Assembly (NCBI GenBank): GCA_014240165.1
Contig: JAAZXM010000006.1
Coordinates: forward strand, 54,708 to 118,707
Reading direction: 5' to 3'
DNA length: 64,000 nucleotides
Origin: Myxococcales bacterium
Lineage (GTDB): Bacteria > Myxococcota_A > UBA9160 > UBA4427
In this document: positions 26,688-37,163 of the stretch, piece after piece
How the letters are laid out: each line of letters begins with the position of its first letter
Position numbering within the stretch: the stretch's first letter is position 1
Program-made: the position numbers and the translations under genes
Notes under the pieces: model-generated
Told to the model about the DNA's origin: nothing
The model's database searches: none
The model's input: the letters and a program-made list of their open reading frames with translations, nothing else

Positions 26688-27357
26688 GCTGCACCACCTT
26701 GACGATCCAGAGCATCCAGACCGAGGTAATCATCGCGATCATGGTTGCCTGCCAGAAATAAAGATGCATGAACTCGAATGCTTCGGCCCAGTAGCGCCCC
26801 ACCAGGATCAGACCCGCGATTCGCACCACGTTGAAAAGATAGATCAAGGGACATCCCAGAAGCAGGCCCACTCCGCGCTTGGCCCAACTGGTGGGAAAAG
26901 CCAGAACCGCCGCCGCGAAGATCAACATCTCGTAGATCCCCGTGCATTCGTCGATGATCTTGACCACGAATTGACCGAACCAGATCATCTTCCCATCGAG
27001 GCGAACATCGTCGCTGAAGAGCGCGAAGACACCGTACTCGATGGCCGCAGTGGCGTGAATGAAAGCTTGGATGATGCCATCGCTGTGCTCGACCATGAGG
27101 GGATACCCAAGCGAGGCCAGGGCCAGGTAGGGCAGGAAGAGGCCAATGAAGCGATAGGCCGGGTTCTCCCAAACCGCCTTCAGACGCTGGATCAGGCTCG
27201 GCCGGGACGGGGGCGGGGAGGACGGGGACGGGGAGGACGGGGGCGGGGAGGACGGGGGCGGGGTGGCCGGGGGCGGAGAGATCTCGCCCGAGCCCGATTC
27301 GGACCCCTCGTCGCTTGCCGGGCCCTCCTCGGGGCGATCTCCGTTGGTCTCTGTCAT
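26656..27357 (-). CDS. Exosortase/archaeosortase-family transpeptidase with Pro/Ser-rich N-terminal extension
   Basis: Family motifs in order: IIDECTGIYEML (Cys), FNVVRIAGL (Arg) and EFMHLYFW (His) in a polytopic membrane protein. The subclass cannot be assigned by eye. Confidence 0.7.
   Translation of the reverse strand: MTETNGDRPEEGPASDEGSESGSGEISPPPATPPPSSPPPSSPSPSSPPPSRPSLIQRLKAVWENPAYRFIGLFLPYLALASLGYPLMVEHSDGIIQAFIHATAAIEYGVFALFSDDVRLDGKMIWFGQFVVKIIDECTGIYEMLIFAAAVLAFPTSWAKRGVGLLLGCPLIYLFNVVRIAGLILVGRYWAEAFEFMHLYFWQATMIAMITSVWMLWIVKVVQREDQALPDSP
27204..27276. repeat. 15-nt tandem repeat (about 5 copies, GGAGGACGGGGGCGG on + strand) encoding (PPPSS)n on the minus strand
   Basis: Read directly. 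It is in frame within the exosortase N-terminus (PPPATPPPSSPPPSSPSPSSPPPS). The + strand carries many G4-G5 runs. Confidence 0.85.
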
Positions 27358-27417
27358 GGCGTTGGCCGATCATCTTAGGGGTTCCGACCGGGGCCGTGCC
27401 ACGCTGGGCCGGCTTCC

Positions 27418-29883
27418 TCAACGCGCGCGGGTACAGGATCGTGGGCGAACGCCTTTCAGCCGCGGCGCGGAAGAGTCCGAAGTCGGGCCCAAACCCAGAT
27501 CGAAAACGGCGGCTCCGTCACGGCCAGTCCAGGCCAAGGGCACCCCGGTCGCCTCGAAACGAGCAAGGGCCTCGGGATGGGGCAGTCGTGACCCGCCGTG
27601 GCAGGGCGCGGAAAGCAGCAACCAACGCGGCGCAACCGCGGAGAGGAACGCCGGGGTCGACGATCCGCGGCTCCCGTGGTGGCCCACCTTCAAAAGATCC
27701 GCCGCGAGGTCGACGCCGGACGCCTGCAAGGCTGTTTCGACCTTGGCCCCGATATCCCCGGTCAGAAGAATCCGCCACCCGGCCAATTCGAAGCGGAAAA
27801 CCAGGGATCGCGCGTTGGCCGGAGCGAGCGGTCCCTCTCGGGGTGGCCAGAGAGGAGTGGCCCGCAGCGCCCCAATGCGCCGTGGCGGTGCCCCTGCCCC
27901 CATCTCGACGATTGCCACCCCAAGGCGCCCGGCACTCCGCCGAAGCCCAGCGAAATTCGGGTCGTTCGCGCTCCGCCAGGGCAGCCAGATCTCGGATACC
28001 GGCAACGCATCGAGAACGCTGATCGCGCCGCCGCGATGATCGATATCGCCATGGGTGATCACAAGGGCATCCAAATGATCGACACCGAGTGCAGCCAGGG
28101 CCGGGACCACGGTGCTTCGCCCCAGGTCCAGGCCACCGGGGATCGCTCGTGCGGCATCCACCAGCACGGCCGAGCGCGCGCCTTGCAGGAGCAGCGCATC
28201 ACCCTGCCCCACATCGAACATGACGAGCCGCGGCGGACTGGGTACCCGATCCGCCGGAGGTGCCGTGTGGAGCCACAGCACCGCCGAGAGCGCGATCACC
28301 AGCACCGCGGAAGTTCGGGCCATTCGGCAAGCTTGGACTGCGAACACCCCGGCCACCCCCAGCGCAATGCCATGGGGACGACCGCGCACCCCGCTTCCCG
28401 TAGCGAATAGCTCGGACAGCCCGTCGACCGCAGCCAGGGTCAGGGCCGCAATGCTGTGGCTGATCGCGAGACACCCCTCCGCCACCGGGCCCTCGAAACC
28501 ACTGGCTGCGGTGGCGAGGAGCGAGGCCGGAAGAAGAAAAGCGCTCGTCCAAGGGATCGCAAGCACGTTGACGAGCACCCCGGGTGCGCCCGCGGCGAGT
28601 CCGCGCCAGGCCAATAGGGGCGCCGTGGAAATCAGGGCCAACGCGGAGAGGTGGACGAGGAGCCGTACCCGAGTGATGACCCGGCCCAGACGATGCGCCT
28701 GGGGCTCGGACTCCGAAACCGGACGACGCGCAGCCATCAGCAGCGCTCCGGTGGCCGCAAAGGAGAGTTGCGGCCCCAATTCAAAGAGCGACTGAGGCGC
28801 CGCCAATCCCACCCCGAGCCAGGCGATGGAGAGCAGGTGGCCGAGGGGAAGGGAACGGCCCAGCCTCAGCGCGACCAGCCCTGCGGCCAGGAAGATCAGC
28901 GCACGCTGCACCGGCACTCCGAAACCCACAAGTTGTGCATATCCGAGCGCCGCCACCCCGGCCCCGACACCCGCCACCAGACGAAGGTCGCGGCCGTGAT
29001 CACCGCACGCGCTCAGCAGGAAACGCAACCCCGCGTAGATCAGGCCCGCGACCAGGGCCAGATGGAGACCGGAGATCGCAAGCAGGTGGGCGATCCCCAA
29101 GCGCGCAAAAGCGTCGCGTGTCGAAATCCCGAGCCCCGCGCGATCACCCACGCCCAGGGCGGCAAGCAGAGCGCCGGATTCAGGGGACGCGCCGGCACCC
29201 ACGCCGCTTCGCAGCCGGGCGGAAAGGCGTGCGCGGAGCGATTCGACCCGCGCCCCAAGCCCGGGGGCAATCTCGGGGCCCCCGGAAGCAGCGCGAACAC
29301 GAACCAATAAGCCGATATCGAGCAAACTCGCCCGGCCCCCGATGCCCCGGCGTTGCCAACGCCGCTCGGGATGCAGGCGACCCGGGTTCCGAAGACCCCC
29401 GAGCGGCGCGACGCGCACCCGAGCCCGAATCCGATCCCCGATCTGCAAGCTCGACAGGGCCCGGGCCTCATCCGAGCCCGCGCGATGCTGGACAACGAGG
29501 CGCGGAGGCAGCGCGCGTCCCTCGCCGGGCAGCGCGCCCGGTGAGGCGACCTCGACCGGGGCACAGAGTTCCACCGAACGCAGCAACCCGCTCGCGTCGG
29601 CGGCGCAGACCCAAGCCTCGAGGCTCAGGGTCTCGGGCGCCGTGGGCACCGAAAGCGCGGCCGCGTCGAGCCGGGCAGCGAGCCCCGCCAGCCCGGCCGC
29701 AAAAGCCACGCCCCATGCGAATCCGAAGCGAAGGGCTGGCAATCGCCGGCTGAGGAGCGCGCCCGCGAAACACGCGAGGGCCAGGCCCAAGGCCTTGGGG
29801 CCATCGATGAGCGGCCACGTGAACTCAGCGGCAATAACGCCCATCACGTGGCCAAGCGCCAGGCTCGGCAACCCAAAGAACAA
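27418..29883 (-). CDS. comEC: DNA internalisation-related competence protein ComEC/Rec2
   Basis: Polytopic competence domain plus a C-terminal metallo-beta-lactamase domain (MFDVGQGDALLL...ITHGDIDHRGG...VGHHGS). TTG start. Confidence 0.85.
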   Translation of the reverse strand: MFFGLPSLALGHVMGVIAAEFTWPLIDGPKALGLALACFAGALLSRRLPALRFGFAWGVAFAAGLAGLAARLDAAALSVPTAPETLSLEAWVCAADASGLLRSVELCAPVEVASPGALPGEGRALPPRLVVQHRAGSDEARALSSLQIGDRIRARVRVAPLGGLRNPGRLHPERRWQRRGIGGRASLLDIGLLVRVRAASGGPEIAPGLGARVESLRARLSARLRSGVGAGASPESGALLAALGVGDRAGLGISTRDAFARLGIAHLLAISGLHLALVAGLIYAGLRFLLSACGDHGRDLRLVAGVGAGVAALGYAQLVGFGVPVQRALIFLAAGLVALRLGRSLPLGHLLSIAWLGVGLAAPQSLFELGPQLSFAATGALLMAARRPVSESEPQAHRLGRVITRVRLLVHLSALALISTAPLLAWRGLAAGAPGVLVNVLAIPWTSAFLLPASLLATAASGFEGPVAEGCLAISHSIAALTLAAVDGLSELFATGSGVRGRPHGIALGVAGVFAVQACRMARTSAVLVIALSAVLWLHTAPPADRVPSPPRLVMFDVGQGDALLLQGARSAVLVDAARAIPGGLDLGRSTVVPALAALGVDHLDALVITHGDIDHRGGAISVLDALPVSEIWLPWRSANDPNFAGLRRSAGRLGVAIVEMGAGAPPRRIGALRATPLWPPREGPLAPANARSLVFRFELAGWRILLTGDIGAKVETALQASGVDLAADLLKVGHHGSRGSSTPAFLSAVAPRWLLLSAPCHGGSRLPHPEALARFEATGVPLAWTGRDGAAVFDLGLGPTSDSSAPRLKGVRPRSCTRAR

Positions 29884-29970
29884 GTCGCTCTCCCCGGGAC
29901 CGGGGCGGCCTAAGGGTAACGAACAATGCGGACTCGTCGCAGCCGTGCAGGCGAATGGCCCGCCCCGGCA

Positions 29971-30384
29971 TTATTGCAGGCGACGCCGATGAGAACCGAG
30001 CTCGGGATTCCTCAGCCGTCGCAAGTAGGCGTTCAGCACCTTGACGATCTCGTCGAGTTTCTGGACTTCGTCGCCGAAATCCGTGAGCAATTGATCCACC
30101 ACCCGGGCCTGGCGAAAACCGCCTACGGGCGCATCTCTCTGCACCGCCCCTATGCTGAAGGCGAGTGCAACGCCATCCAGGACGAGGCCGGCTGGATGCT
30201 CGGGAACGCCCTCCAGCTGTTGCTGGACCTGGCGGGCCAGGGTTCCCGATGACTCGCGCGGAATCCCTCTGCGAATGAGTTCGAGTTCGATGCGATCGGT
30301 TCGGATCAACTCACTCGGGTCGGTTTCCGCGGACTTCTCCGCCGACGCCGAACCTGAAACTTTGCGCCAATTCGTACGTGCCAT
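29971..30384 (-). CDS. Hypothetical 137-aa protein (sigma-54-dependent by promoter prediction)
   Basis: ORF with a GAGGGGGA Shine-Dalgarno sequence 7 nt before the ATG, and GC-rich third positions. No domain recognised. Confidence 0.6.
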   Translation of the reverse strand: MARTNWRKVSGSASAEKSAETDPSELIRTDRIELELIRRGIPRESSGTLARQVQQQLEGVPEHPAGLVLDGVALAFSIGAVQRDAPVGGFRQARVVDQLLTDFGDEVQKLDEIVKVLNAYLRRLRNPELGSHRRRLQ

Positions 30385-30448
30385 GATCGGGTCCCCCTCA
30401 GGCCCCGCACACCCAGAAGGGGTGAGCTCTATATGCCCCCATCCTCAT

Positions 30449-30464
30449 CGCAATTTCGATGCCA
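30449..30464 (-). promoter_or_regulatory. Sigma-54 (-24/-12) promoter
   Basis: The minus strand reads TGGCATCGAAATTGCG, i.e. TGGCAT-N5-TTGCG against the consensus TGGCAC-N5-TTGCW, with correct GG/GC spacing. It lies about 65 nt upstream of ATG 30384. Confidence 0.65.
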
Positions 30465-30566
30465 GCGGAGAGGAATTCCAGAAAACCTGTATTTATCTGA
30501 TTGGATTAGAATTTTCGGCCCGGGGCTGGGGGTTGCCCATGGGCGCTCGTCGCAAGAGGGGTCGTC

Positions 30567-30591
30567 AATGGGCCGAATAGGGAAACCCATT
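30567..30591. promoter_or_regulatory. Inverted repeat AATGGG-N13-CCCATT, candidate enhancer (UAS) for the sigma-54 promoter
   Basis: Read directly. It lies about 105-140 nt upstream of the -24/-12 element. An AT-rich stretch (30491-30520) lies between them. Confidence 0.3.
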
Positions 30592-30637
30592 ACCCTCCTA
30601 CGCCTGCCCGCGGCCCGCCCGCGCCCTGCCCGCGGGC

Positions 30638-32551
30638 TCAGTCGCGCCGCGAACCGCCCGACGCCTCTGCGAGGGCCGTTTCAGCGAAAAACTGCCGAAT
30701 CGTCGCGGCGTCCCGACGCGAAATGCCGGCCACCTGCGCAAGTTCGTCCTCGCTCGCTTCACGCACGGCGCGCAGGGAGCCGAGCACCTTGAGGAGCGCG
30801 CGTCGCTTGACAGTGCCGATGCCGGGCAACTCCTCGAGGATCGATGTCGTCGCAAAGCGCGAGCGGAGGTCGCGCTGGTAATCGATGGCAAAGCGATGGG
30901 ATTCGTCGCGCACGCGCTGAAGCAGGAGCAGACCCCGAGAACTCTTGGGCAGCGAGATCGGATTGGCCCGGCCCGGTATGAAAAGACGCTCGGCCTTGAG
31001 CCCACCGCCGCGCTTGACCCGGGGAGAAGGCGATTCCCGATCGCGCTCCTTGGAGATGCCCAGAGTGTCCACCTCGAGCCCCGCGTCCTCGAGGGCTGCC
31101 GTCACCACCCCGAGCTGCCCGCGGCCGCCATCCACCATCAGGAGATCCGGGAGGGGTTCAGCCTCCGCTCGCGCGACCCGGCGCGCCATCACCTCTCGCA
31201 GGCACGCATAATCGTCCCCCGCGGCCGCCTCGCGAATACGATATTTGCGATAACCGGTCTTCAACGGCTCACCGCGCTCGAAAACCACCCGGCTCGCCAC
31301 AGCGAGTGTGCCTTGTAGATTCGAGACGTCGTAGCACTCGATCCGATTCGGCATGCGGCCCAGGTCACAACGCGCGCGAATCTCCTCCAGGGCGACATCG
31401 ATGCTCTCTTTGGCGGCCAGCCGTTGATCCAGGCCGATCTGGGCGTTCCGGACCGCAATCTCAACCACCCTTCGCACCGCCCCGCGCTGGGGCGTGCGGA
31501 TCTTGACCGGATGCGGCGAACGCTCACGCAGCCACTCCTCGAGCATGCCTCCATCCTCGAAGGGAACCGAGTTGATGATTTCTCTCGGCGCCACACGATC
31601 CTCATTCTTGTTGCCATAGTACTGCCCGAGAAAAGAGGAGATCACCTCGCCGTCATCGAGTTGCACGCCGGAGAATGAATAGTCCTCCGCCGCAACCACC
31701 CTTCCCTCACGAACGTGAAGGACCTGGACTTCGACTTCGCCTCCCTCCCTCGCCAGACCGAATACGTCCCGATCGAGCTTTCGATCCGAGACGATTTGCT
31801 GCTCCTCCAGGGTGTGGGCCACGGCCTCGATCCGGTTCCGCAACCGAGCGGCCTCCTCGAAACGTTCCTCCCGGGAAGCCTCCTCCATCTGGGCCCGCAA
31901 TCGTTTCACCAATTCCCCCGAGCGACCCCGGAGAAAAAGCGTCGTTCCGCGCACCTGTTCCGCGTAGGCGGCAGGGTCCGCCAGGCCGCAACATGGCCCC
32001 AGGCAGCGACCCATTTCGTACTCGATACACGGGCGCCCTCGACGCGCGTAATCCTTGAATGTCCCGTCGCTGCACGAGCGCAGGGGAAAGAGTCGCCGGA
32101 GATTCGAGAGCGACTCCTTGAGGGCGACGCTGGACGTATAGGGCCCGAAATACTCGGCGCCATCTTTTCGAAAACGCCGCACCGAATTGATCCGCGGCCA
32201 CTCCTCCCGAGGATCGATACGCAACCCCAGGTATTGCTTGTCGTCCCGCAATTTGACGTTGAAGACCGGCTTATGACGCTTGATCAACTCGTTCTCGAGG
32301 AGCAGCGCGTCCTTGACGTTCGCCGTGACCAGCACATCGACATCCGCCACTCGATCCATCAAGGCCGGGATCTGCATCCGGCCATCTCCTCCGCCGATAT
32401 ATTGACGGACCCGCGAGCGCAGATTCTGAGCTTTGCCCACGTAGAGCACCGCTTCTCGCACACTCTTGAACAGGTAAACGCCCGGGCCGGTGGGGAGTGC
32501 TTTCGCCTTGGCTTCCAGCGCGTCCCGAACTGCCTGGGAAATTCCGCTCAT
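30638..32551 (-). CDS. uvrC: Excinuclease ABC subunit C
   Basis: GIY-YIG N-terminus ([25 protein letters not shown]), UVR domain and C-terminal HhH. Confidence 0.95.
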   Translation of the reverse strand: MSGISQAVRDALEAKAKALPTGPGVYLFKSVREAVLYVGKAQNLRSRVRQYIGGGDGRMQIPALMDRVADVDVLVTANVKDALLLENELIKRHKPVFNVKLRDDKQYLGLRIDPREEWPRINSVRRFRKDGAEYFGPYTSSVALKESLSNLRRLFPLRSCSDGTFKDYARRGRPCIEYEMGRCLGPCCGLADPAAYAEQVRGTTLFLRGRSGELVKRLRAQMEEASREERFEEAARLRNRIEAVAHTLEEQQIVSDRKLDRDVFGLAREGGEVEVQVLHVREGRVVAAEDYSFSGVQLDDGEVISSFLGQYYGNKNEDRVAPREIINSVPFEDGGMLEEWLRERSPHPVKIRTPQRGAVRRVVEIAVRNAQIGLDQRLAAKESIDVALEEIRARCDLGRMPNRIECYDVSNLQGTLAVASRVVFERGEPLKTGYRKYRIREAAAGDDYACLREVMARRVARAEAEPLPDLLMVDGGRGQLGVVTAALEDAGLEVDTLGISKERDRESPSPRVKRGGGLKAERLFIPGRANPISLPKSSRGLLLLQRVRDESHRFAIDYQRDLRSRFATTSILEELPGIGTVKRRALLKVLGSLRAVREASEDELAQVAGISRRDAATIRQFFAETALAEASGGSRRD

Positions 32552-34548
32552 GTCAATCGGAGACGCTCGGTCTCCAGCACCTTGATGCGATCGCGCAAAT
32601 CCGCTGCGCGCTCAAAGTCCAGCTCCCCGGCAGCCGCCTTCATCTCGCTCCGCAGGGATTCCAGCAGGGCAGGCAGTTCATGGGCGGGAATCCCGGAAAG
32701 GCTCTCCTCATCGGCCGTCTCCACGGTGACGTAATCTGCGCTCCAAATCGAATCCTGGAGGCTCGACAGGCTCTTCTTGATGCTCACCGGGGTGATCCCG
32801 TGTTCCTTGTTATAGGCCTTTTGAATCGCGCGGCGACGGGAAGTCTCCTCCAGGGTGGAGCGAATCGAATCGGTCTCGCTATCGGCGTAGAGAATCACGC
32901 GCCCCTCGACGTTTCGCGCCGCCCGGCCGATGGTCTGGATCAACGATCGCCCCGAGCGCAAGAAGCCCTCTTTATCGGCATCGAGAATCGCCACCAGGGA
33001 GACCTCGGGGATATCCAGGCCCTCGCGAAGCAGGTTGATCCCCACCAGGACGTCGAATTTCCCCTCGCGCAATTCGCGAATCAACTCCATGCGCTCCATC
33101 ACCTTGATATCGCTGTGCAGGTATCGGATGGCCACGCCGAGTTCCGCGTAATACTCCGACAACTCCTCGGCCATGCGCTTGGTGAGCGTCGTCACGAGTA
33201 TCCGCCCCCCCGCTTCCACGACTTGCCGTACTTCCGCCAGCAGATCGTCGACCTGACCGCTCGCGGGACGGATCTCCACCTCGGGATCAATCAGCCCTGT
33301 CGGGCGAATCACCTGCTCCACCACAACGCCGCCGGTATTCTCGAGTTCGTAGGCCGCCGGCGTTGCGGAAACATAGACCCGCTGGCCCGCCCTCTCCTCC
33401 CACTCCTCGAAGGTGAGCGGGCGGTTTTCCAGGGCCGAGGGAAGGCGCCAACCGAATTCCACCAGGGTTTCCTTGCGCGCCCGGTCGCCCCGAGACATGG
33501 CGCCGATCTGGGGGACACCGATATGGCTCTCATCCATCACCACAAGGGTGTCCTCGGGCAAATAGTCGTAGAGGGTATAGGGGGTCTGGCCAGCCGTCCT
33601 TCCGTCGAGCCAACGCGAATAGTTTTCGACCCCGTGACAAAAGCCCAACTCCTCGAGCATCTCGATGTCGTAGAAGGTCCGGGTCTCCAAGCGCTGAGCT
33701 TCGAGAAGTTTGCCCTGCTGCTTGAAGAGGGCGAGGCGCTCGTCCAATTCGCCACGAATGCCCTCCACCGCCTGGGCGAGACGCTCGGCCGAGGCCACGT
33801 AATGGCTCGCGGGGTAGATCATGGCGCGCTTGGGGCGGGCCACGACCTTGCCGCGGAGGGGGTCGATCTCGGCAATGGCATCCACCTCGTCGCCGAAGAA
33901 CTCCACCCGAATGGCCCGGTCGCTCTCGTATTGGGGAAAGATCTCGACCACATCGCCGCGTACGCGAAAGGTTCCGCGGTGGAAATCGTGGTCGTTCCGG
34001 GTGTAGAGCATATCCACCAGCCTACGCAGCAACTCCTCGCGAACCAGGGACATGCCCGACTCCACATAGACATGCATGGACCCGTAATTTTCTGGCGCCC
34101 CCAGGCCGTAGATGCAGGACACGCTCGCCACCACCAGGACATCCTGGCGCGTAAGGATCGAGTGGGTCGCCGAGTGCCGCAGCTTGTCGATCTCGTCGTT
34201 GACGTGCGAATCTTTTTCGATGTAGGTATCGCTGGACGGGATATAGGCTTCGGGCTGGTAGTAGTCGTAATACGAAACGAAATATTCCACCGCGTTTTCG
34301 GGAAAGAGTTCTCGAAACTCGGCGTAGAGTTGGGCGGCCAGGGTTTTGTTGGGGGACATCACCAGGGTCGGCCGGTTGATCTTCTCCACCAGGCAGGCAA
34401 TGGTGAAGGTCTTTCCGCTGCCCGTGACCCCGAGCAGCGTCTGATGTCGGTCGCCGCGCTCCACGCCCTCGTAGAGTTCCTGGATCGCCTGGGGCTGATC
34501 GCCCGAGGGCTCGTATTCCGAGGCGAGCTTGAATTTGCCCTCGCTCAA
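32548..34548 (-). CDS. uvrB: Excinuclease ABC subunit B
   Basis: [10 protein letters not shown] Walker A, helicase motifs and the C-terminal UVR motif ([14 protein letters not shown]). Confidence 0.95.
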   Translation of the reverse strand: MSEGKFKLASEYEPSGDQPQAIQELYEGVERGDRHQTLLGVTGSGKTFTIACLVEKINRPTLVMSPNKTLAAQLYAEFRELFPENAVEYFVSYYDYYQPEAYIPSSDTYIEKDSHVNDEIDKLRHSATHSILTRQDVLVVASVSCIYGLGAPENYGSMHVYVESGMSLVREELLRRLVDMLYTRNDHDFHRGTFRVRGDVVEIFPQYESDRAIRVEFFGDEVDAIAEIDPLRGKVVARPKRAMIYPASHYVASAERLAQAVEGIRGELDERLALFKQQGKLLEAQRLETRTFYDIEMLEELGFCHGVENYSRWLDGRTAGQTPYTLYDYLPEDTLVVMDESHIGVPQIGAMSRGDRARKETLVEFGWRLPSALENRPLTFEEWEERAGQRVYVSATPAAYELENTGGVVVEQVIRPTGLIDPEVEIRPASGQVDDLLAEVRQVVEAGGRILVTTLTKRMAEELSEYYAELGVAIRYLHSDIKVMERMELIRELREGKFDVLVGINLLREGLDIPEVSLVAILDADKEGFLRSGRSLIQTIGRAARNVEGRVILYADSETDSIRSTLEETSRRRAIQKAYNKEHGITPVSIKKSLSSLQDSIWSADYVTVETADEESLSGIPAHELPALLESLRSEMKAAAGELDFERAADLRDRIKVLETERLRLT

Positions 34549-35960
34549 CCCCGCCTCCAGCGCGGCCCTTCGGGTGTATCGATCAACTCGATTCCCTCGC
34601 TGGCCAGCGCGTCGCGAATGCGATCGGCTTCGGCAAAATCCTTCCGGCCCCGGGCGGCCTCGCGCTCCTCGAGCAGGGCGTCGATTCGGGGATCGCTCTC
34701 GAATTGCTCGCGCTTCGGCTCGGCATGGGCAAGGTCCAGGCCCAGCACCTCATCGAAAGCCAGTAGCAGGTCGCGCTGGTCGACTTTCGAAAGGGTTTTG
34801 CTCCGCAGCACATCCCAGAGAACGGCCACCGCCTTGGGGGCATTCAGGTCGTCGGCCATGGCCGCGCGGAACTGCTCCCGGAACGGCGCCTGGGCCGCCG
34901 AATCCCCCTCCCCCCCGACCTGCCGGACTTCAGCGGCGAGAGCGACCAGGCGGCTATGGCCCCGGGCCGCGGCCTCCATGGACTCCTCGGTGAAGACCTG
35001 CTGCTGGCGATAGTGGGCCTGGAGAAAGAAATAACGGAAAGCCAGGGGGTCATAGCCGCGCTCTTCGAGATCGGACAGCGTCTTCACATTCCCCTTGGAC
35101 TTGGACATCTTTTCCCCGCCGAAATCCAGGAATTCGTTGTGGAGCCAATACTCCACCCAGGGGTGCACACCGAAGGCGCACTCGCTCTGGGCCACCTCGT
35201 TGGTGTGGTGGACGGTGGCGAGATCGATCCCGCCCGTGTGGATATCGAAATGATCCCCCAGGTAGCGACTGCTCATCGCTGAGCACTCCAGGTGCCAGCC
35301 GGGAAAACCGCGACCCCAGGGCGAATCCCATTCCTGGAGCCGGCGCTCATCGGGGTCGGCAAATTTCCAGATCGCGAAATCCGCGGGCTGGCGCTTGCCC
35401 TGGACTTCATCGATCCGCCCTGCTCCCGATTGCCCCTCCAAATCCAGGCGTGCAAGCTCCGTGTAGCGGGGGAAACGCGAAATATCGAAATAGATGCCGT
35501 CGTCGATTCGGTAGAGATATCCACCTTCTTCGAGTTTCAGCCCCAGGTCGATTTGTTCGGCAATGTGATCGGTGGCCTTCGGGTTGTGTTCGGGTTCGAT
35601 GCAGTTCACCGCCTGACGGTCACGGCGCCAGAGGTCGATGTACCGGCCGGCGATTTCCTCGGCGGTCTCCCCTGCGCGCTTCGCCGCGAGTTCCATTTTA
35701 TCCTCGCCCTCGTCGGCATCGGAGACCAGATGACCCACATCCGTGATGTTGATCACGTGGGTAACCGCAAAACCCTCGCTCACCAGGAAGCGGCGGAGCA
35801 GGTCAGCGGACAACTGCGATCGGACGTTGCCGATATGCATGGGCCCGTACACAGTCGGACCGCAGGTATAGATGCCCACCTCCCCGGCATTGACTGGGCG
35901 AAAGACTTCCTTGCTCCGTGTTCGGGTGTTGTAGAAGACGATCGAATCACTCAAGACCAC
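34545..35960 (-). CDS. cysS: Cysteine-tRNA ligase
   Basis: HIGN and KMSKS motifs. I prefer the GTG start at 35960 (GGGAG Shine-Dalgarno sequence 4 nt upstream) over the ATG at 36077, which would overlap ispF. Confidence 0.9.
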   Translation of the reverse strand: MVLSDSIVFYNTRTRSKEVFRPVNAGEVGIYTCGPTVYGPMHIGNVRSQLSADLLRRFLVSEGFAVTHVINITDVGHLVSDADEGEDKMELAAKRAGETAEEIAGRYIDLWRRDRQAVNCIEPEHNPKATDHIAEQIDLGLKLEEGGYLYRIDDGIYFDISRFPRYTELARLDLEGQSGAGRIDEVQGKRQPADFAIWKFADPDERRLQEWDSPWGRGFPGWHLECSAMSSRYLGDHFDIHTGGIDLATVHHTNEVAQSECAFGVHPWVEYWLHNEFLDFGGEKMSKSKGNVKTLSDLEERGYDPLAFRYFFLQAHYRQQQVFTEESMEAAARGHSRLVALAAEVRQVGGEGDSAAQAPFREQFRAAMADDLNAPKAVAVLWDVLRSKTLSKVDQRDLLLAFDEVLGLDLAHAEPKREQFESDPRIDALLEEREAARGRKDFAEADRIRDALASEGIELIDTPEGPRWRRG

Positions 35961-36000
35961 TGGCTCCCTCGCCCGTCGCGTCGACGCCCGGCTACGCTCT

Positions 36001-36480
36001 TCAACTTTCCACGCCCTCGACCAGCACCACCGCCAAGGCCGCCATGCCTTCCTCCCGGCCCAAGGCCCCCATCCCATCGGCGCTCTTGAGTTTCAAATTG
36101 ACTCGTCCGGTGGGCACCGAGAGTAAATCAGCCAGGTTCTTCTCCATGACCGCTTGATGGCCCGCCAGGCGCGGGGCCTCGGCGATCAGGGTGCAGTCGA
36201 GATTGGCCAGCGCCCCGCCCCGCTCCGCCATCAAGTCCACCACTCGGGCGAGCAGTTGACGACTGTCCATGCCCTTCAAACCGGGGTCACTCGACGGAAA
36301 ATGGCGCCCCAGATCGCCCTCACCCAACGCCCCAAGAATCGCGTCCGCTACGGCGTGAAGGACGACATCCCCGTCGGAATGGCCCTCCAGGCCCCGAGAA
36401 TGGGGAATCCTCTCGCCGGCCAGAACCAGGGGACGCCCCTCCACGAGGCGGTGGCTGTCGAAACCCTGCCCCACTCTCAT
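36001..36480 (-). CDS. ispF: 2-C-methyl-D-erythritol 2,4-cyclodiphosphate synthase
   Basis: MRVGQGFDSHRL...GHSDGDVVLHA signature. Confidence 0.95.
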   Translation of the reverse strand: MRVGQGFDSHRLVEGRPLVLAGERIPHSRGLEGHSDGDVVLHAVADAILGALGEGDLGRHFPSSDPGLKGMDSRQLLARVVDLMAERGGALANLDCTLIAEAPRLAGHQAVMEKNLADLLSVPTGRVNLKLKSADGMGALGREEGMAALAVVLVEGVES

Positions 36481-37163
36481 TGCGCCTCCCCCTGTGCGAT
36501 GCCCCGTTCGGCGGCGATCAAATCCTCGGGTGATGTGATCTTAAAGTTGCCGGGATTTCCACTCACTACGCGCACGGGCGCGCCCAGGTGCTCGACCAGT
36601 TCTGCGTCGTCGGTGCCCTGAAAGCCATCCGCCTCGGCCTTCGCCAGGGCCTCGGCGTAGAGGCCACGATGGAAAACCTGGGGGGTTTGGGCGAGCCAGC
36701 ACCCGGCGCGCTCCGGGGTGCGGGCCACCGCTCCATCGGACACGAGTTTCACTGTATCCCGCGCCGGGACCGCAAGCAGGGCGGCGCCGAATTCCTCGGC
36801 AACGGAGACCACCCGGGCGATATCGCCCGCCTGCACCCGGCACCGAGCCGCGTCGTGAATCGCCAGCAACTCGAACTCTTCGGGCAAAGCGGCCAATCCC
36901 GCCGCCACCGAATCCTGGCGCTCGGCGCCGCCCGCCACCGGGGGCGCAAGCCTGGGATCGGGCGGAAGATCCAATTCGGCGTAGCGATCAAAGTCTTCCC
37001 GGGAGATCACAGGCTGGAGCCGATCAAAGCCATCGAAGGCCATGAGACTATCCAATGCCCGTTCGAGGATCGTCCGGCCGGCGATTTCCACGAACGCCTT
37101 GGGGGTCTTCCCCCCGAGTCGTTCACCCCGCCCCGCAGCCAATACGATTACCGCCGTCCTCAT
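36477..37163 (-). CDS. ispD: 2-C-methyl-D-erythritol 4-phosphate cytidylyltransferase
   Basis: VIVLAAGRGERLGGKTPKAF signature. 4-nt overlap with ispF. Confidence 0.9.
   Translation of the reverse strand: MRTAVIVLAAGRGERLGGKTPKAFVEIAGRTILERALDSLMAFDGFDRLQPVISREDFDRYAELDLPPDPRLAPPVAGGAERQDSVAAGLAALPEEFELLAIHDAARCRVQAGDIARVVSVAEEFGAALLAVPARDTVKLVSDGAVARTPERAGCWLAQTPQVFHRGLYAEALAKAEADGFQGTDDAELVEHLGAPVRVVSGNPGNFKITSPEDLIAAERGIAQGEAQ

Noticed and set aside
26641-27378. + strand ORF with a striking (GRGRGG)n repeat.
   Set aside because: It is the antisense reading of the 15-nt (PPPSS)n repeat inside the exosortase gene, not an independent gene or array.
27385-27400. Sigma-54-like element upstream of the exosortase gene: minus-strand TGGCACGGCCCCGGTC with a perfect -24 half.
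   Set aside because: The -12 position reads GGT instead of the highly conserved TGC/GC dinucleotide, so it is unlikely to be functional as written.
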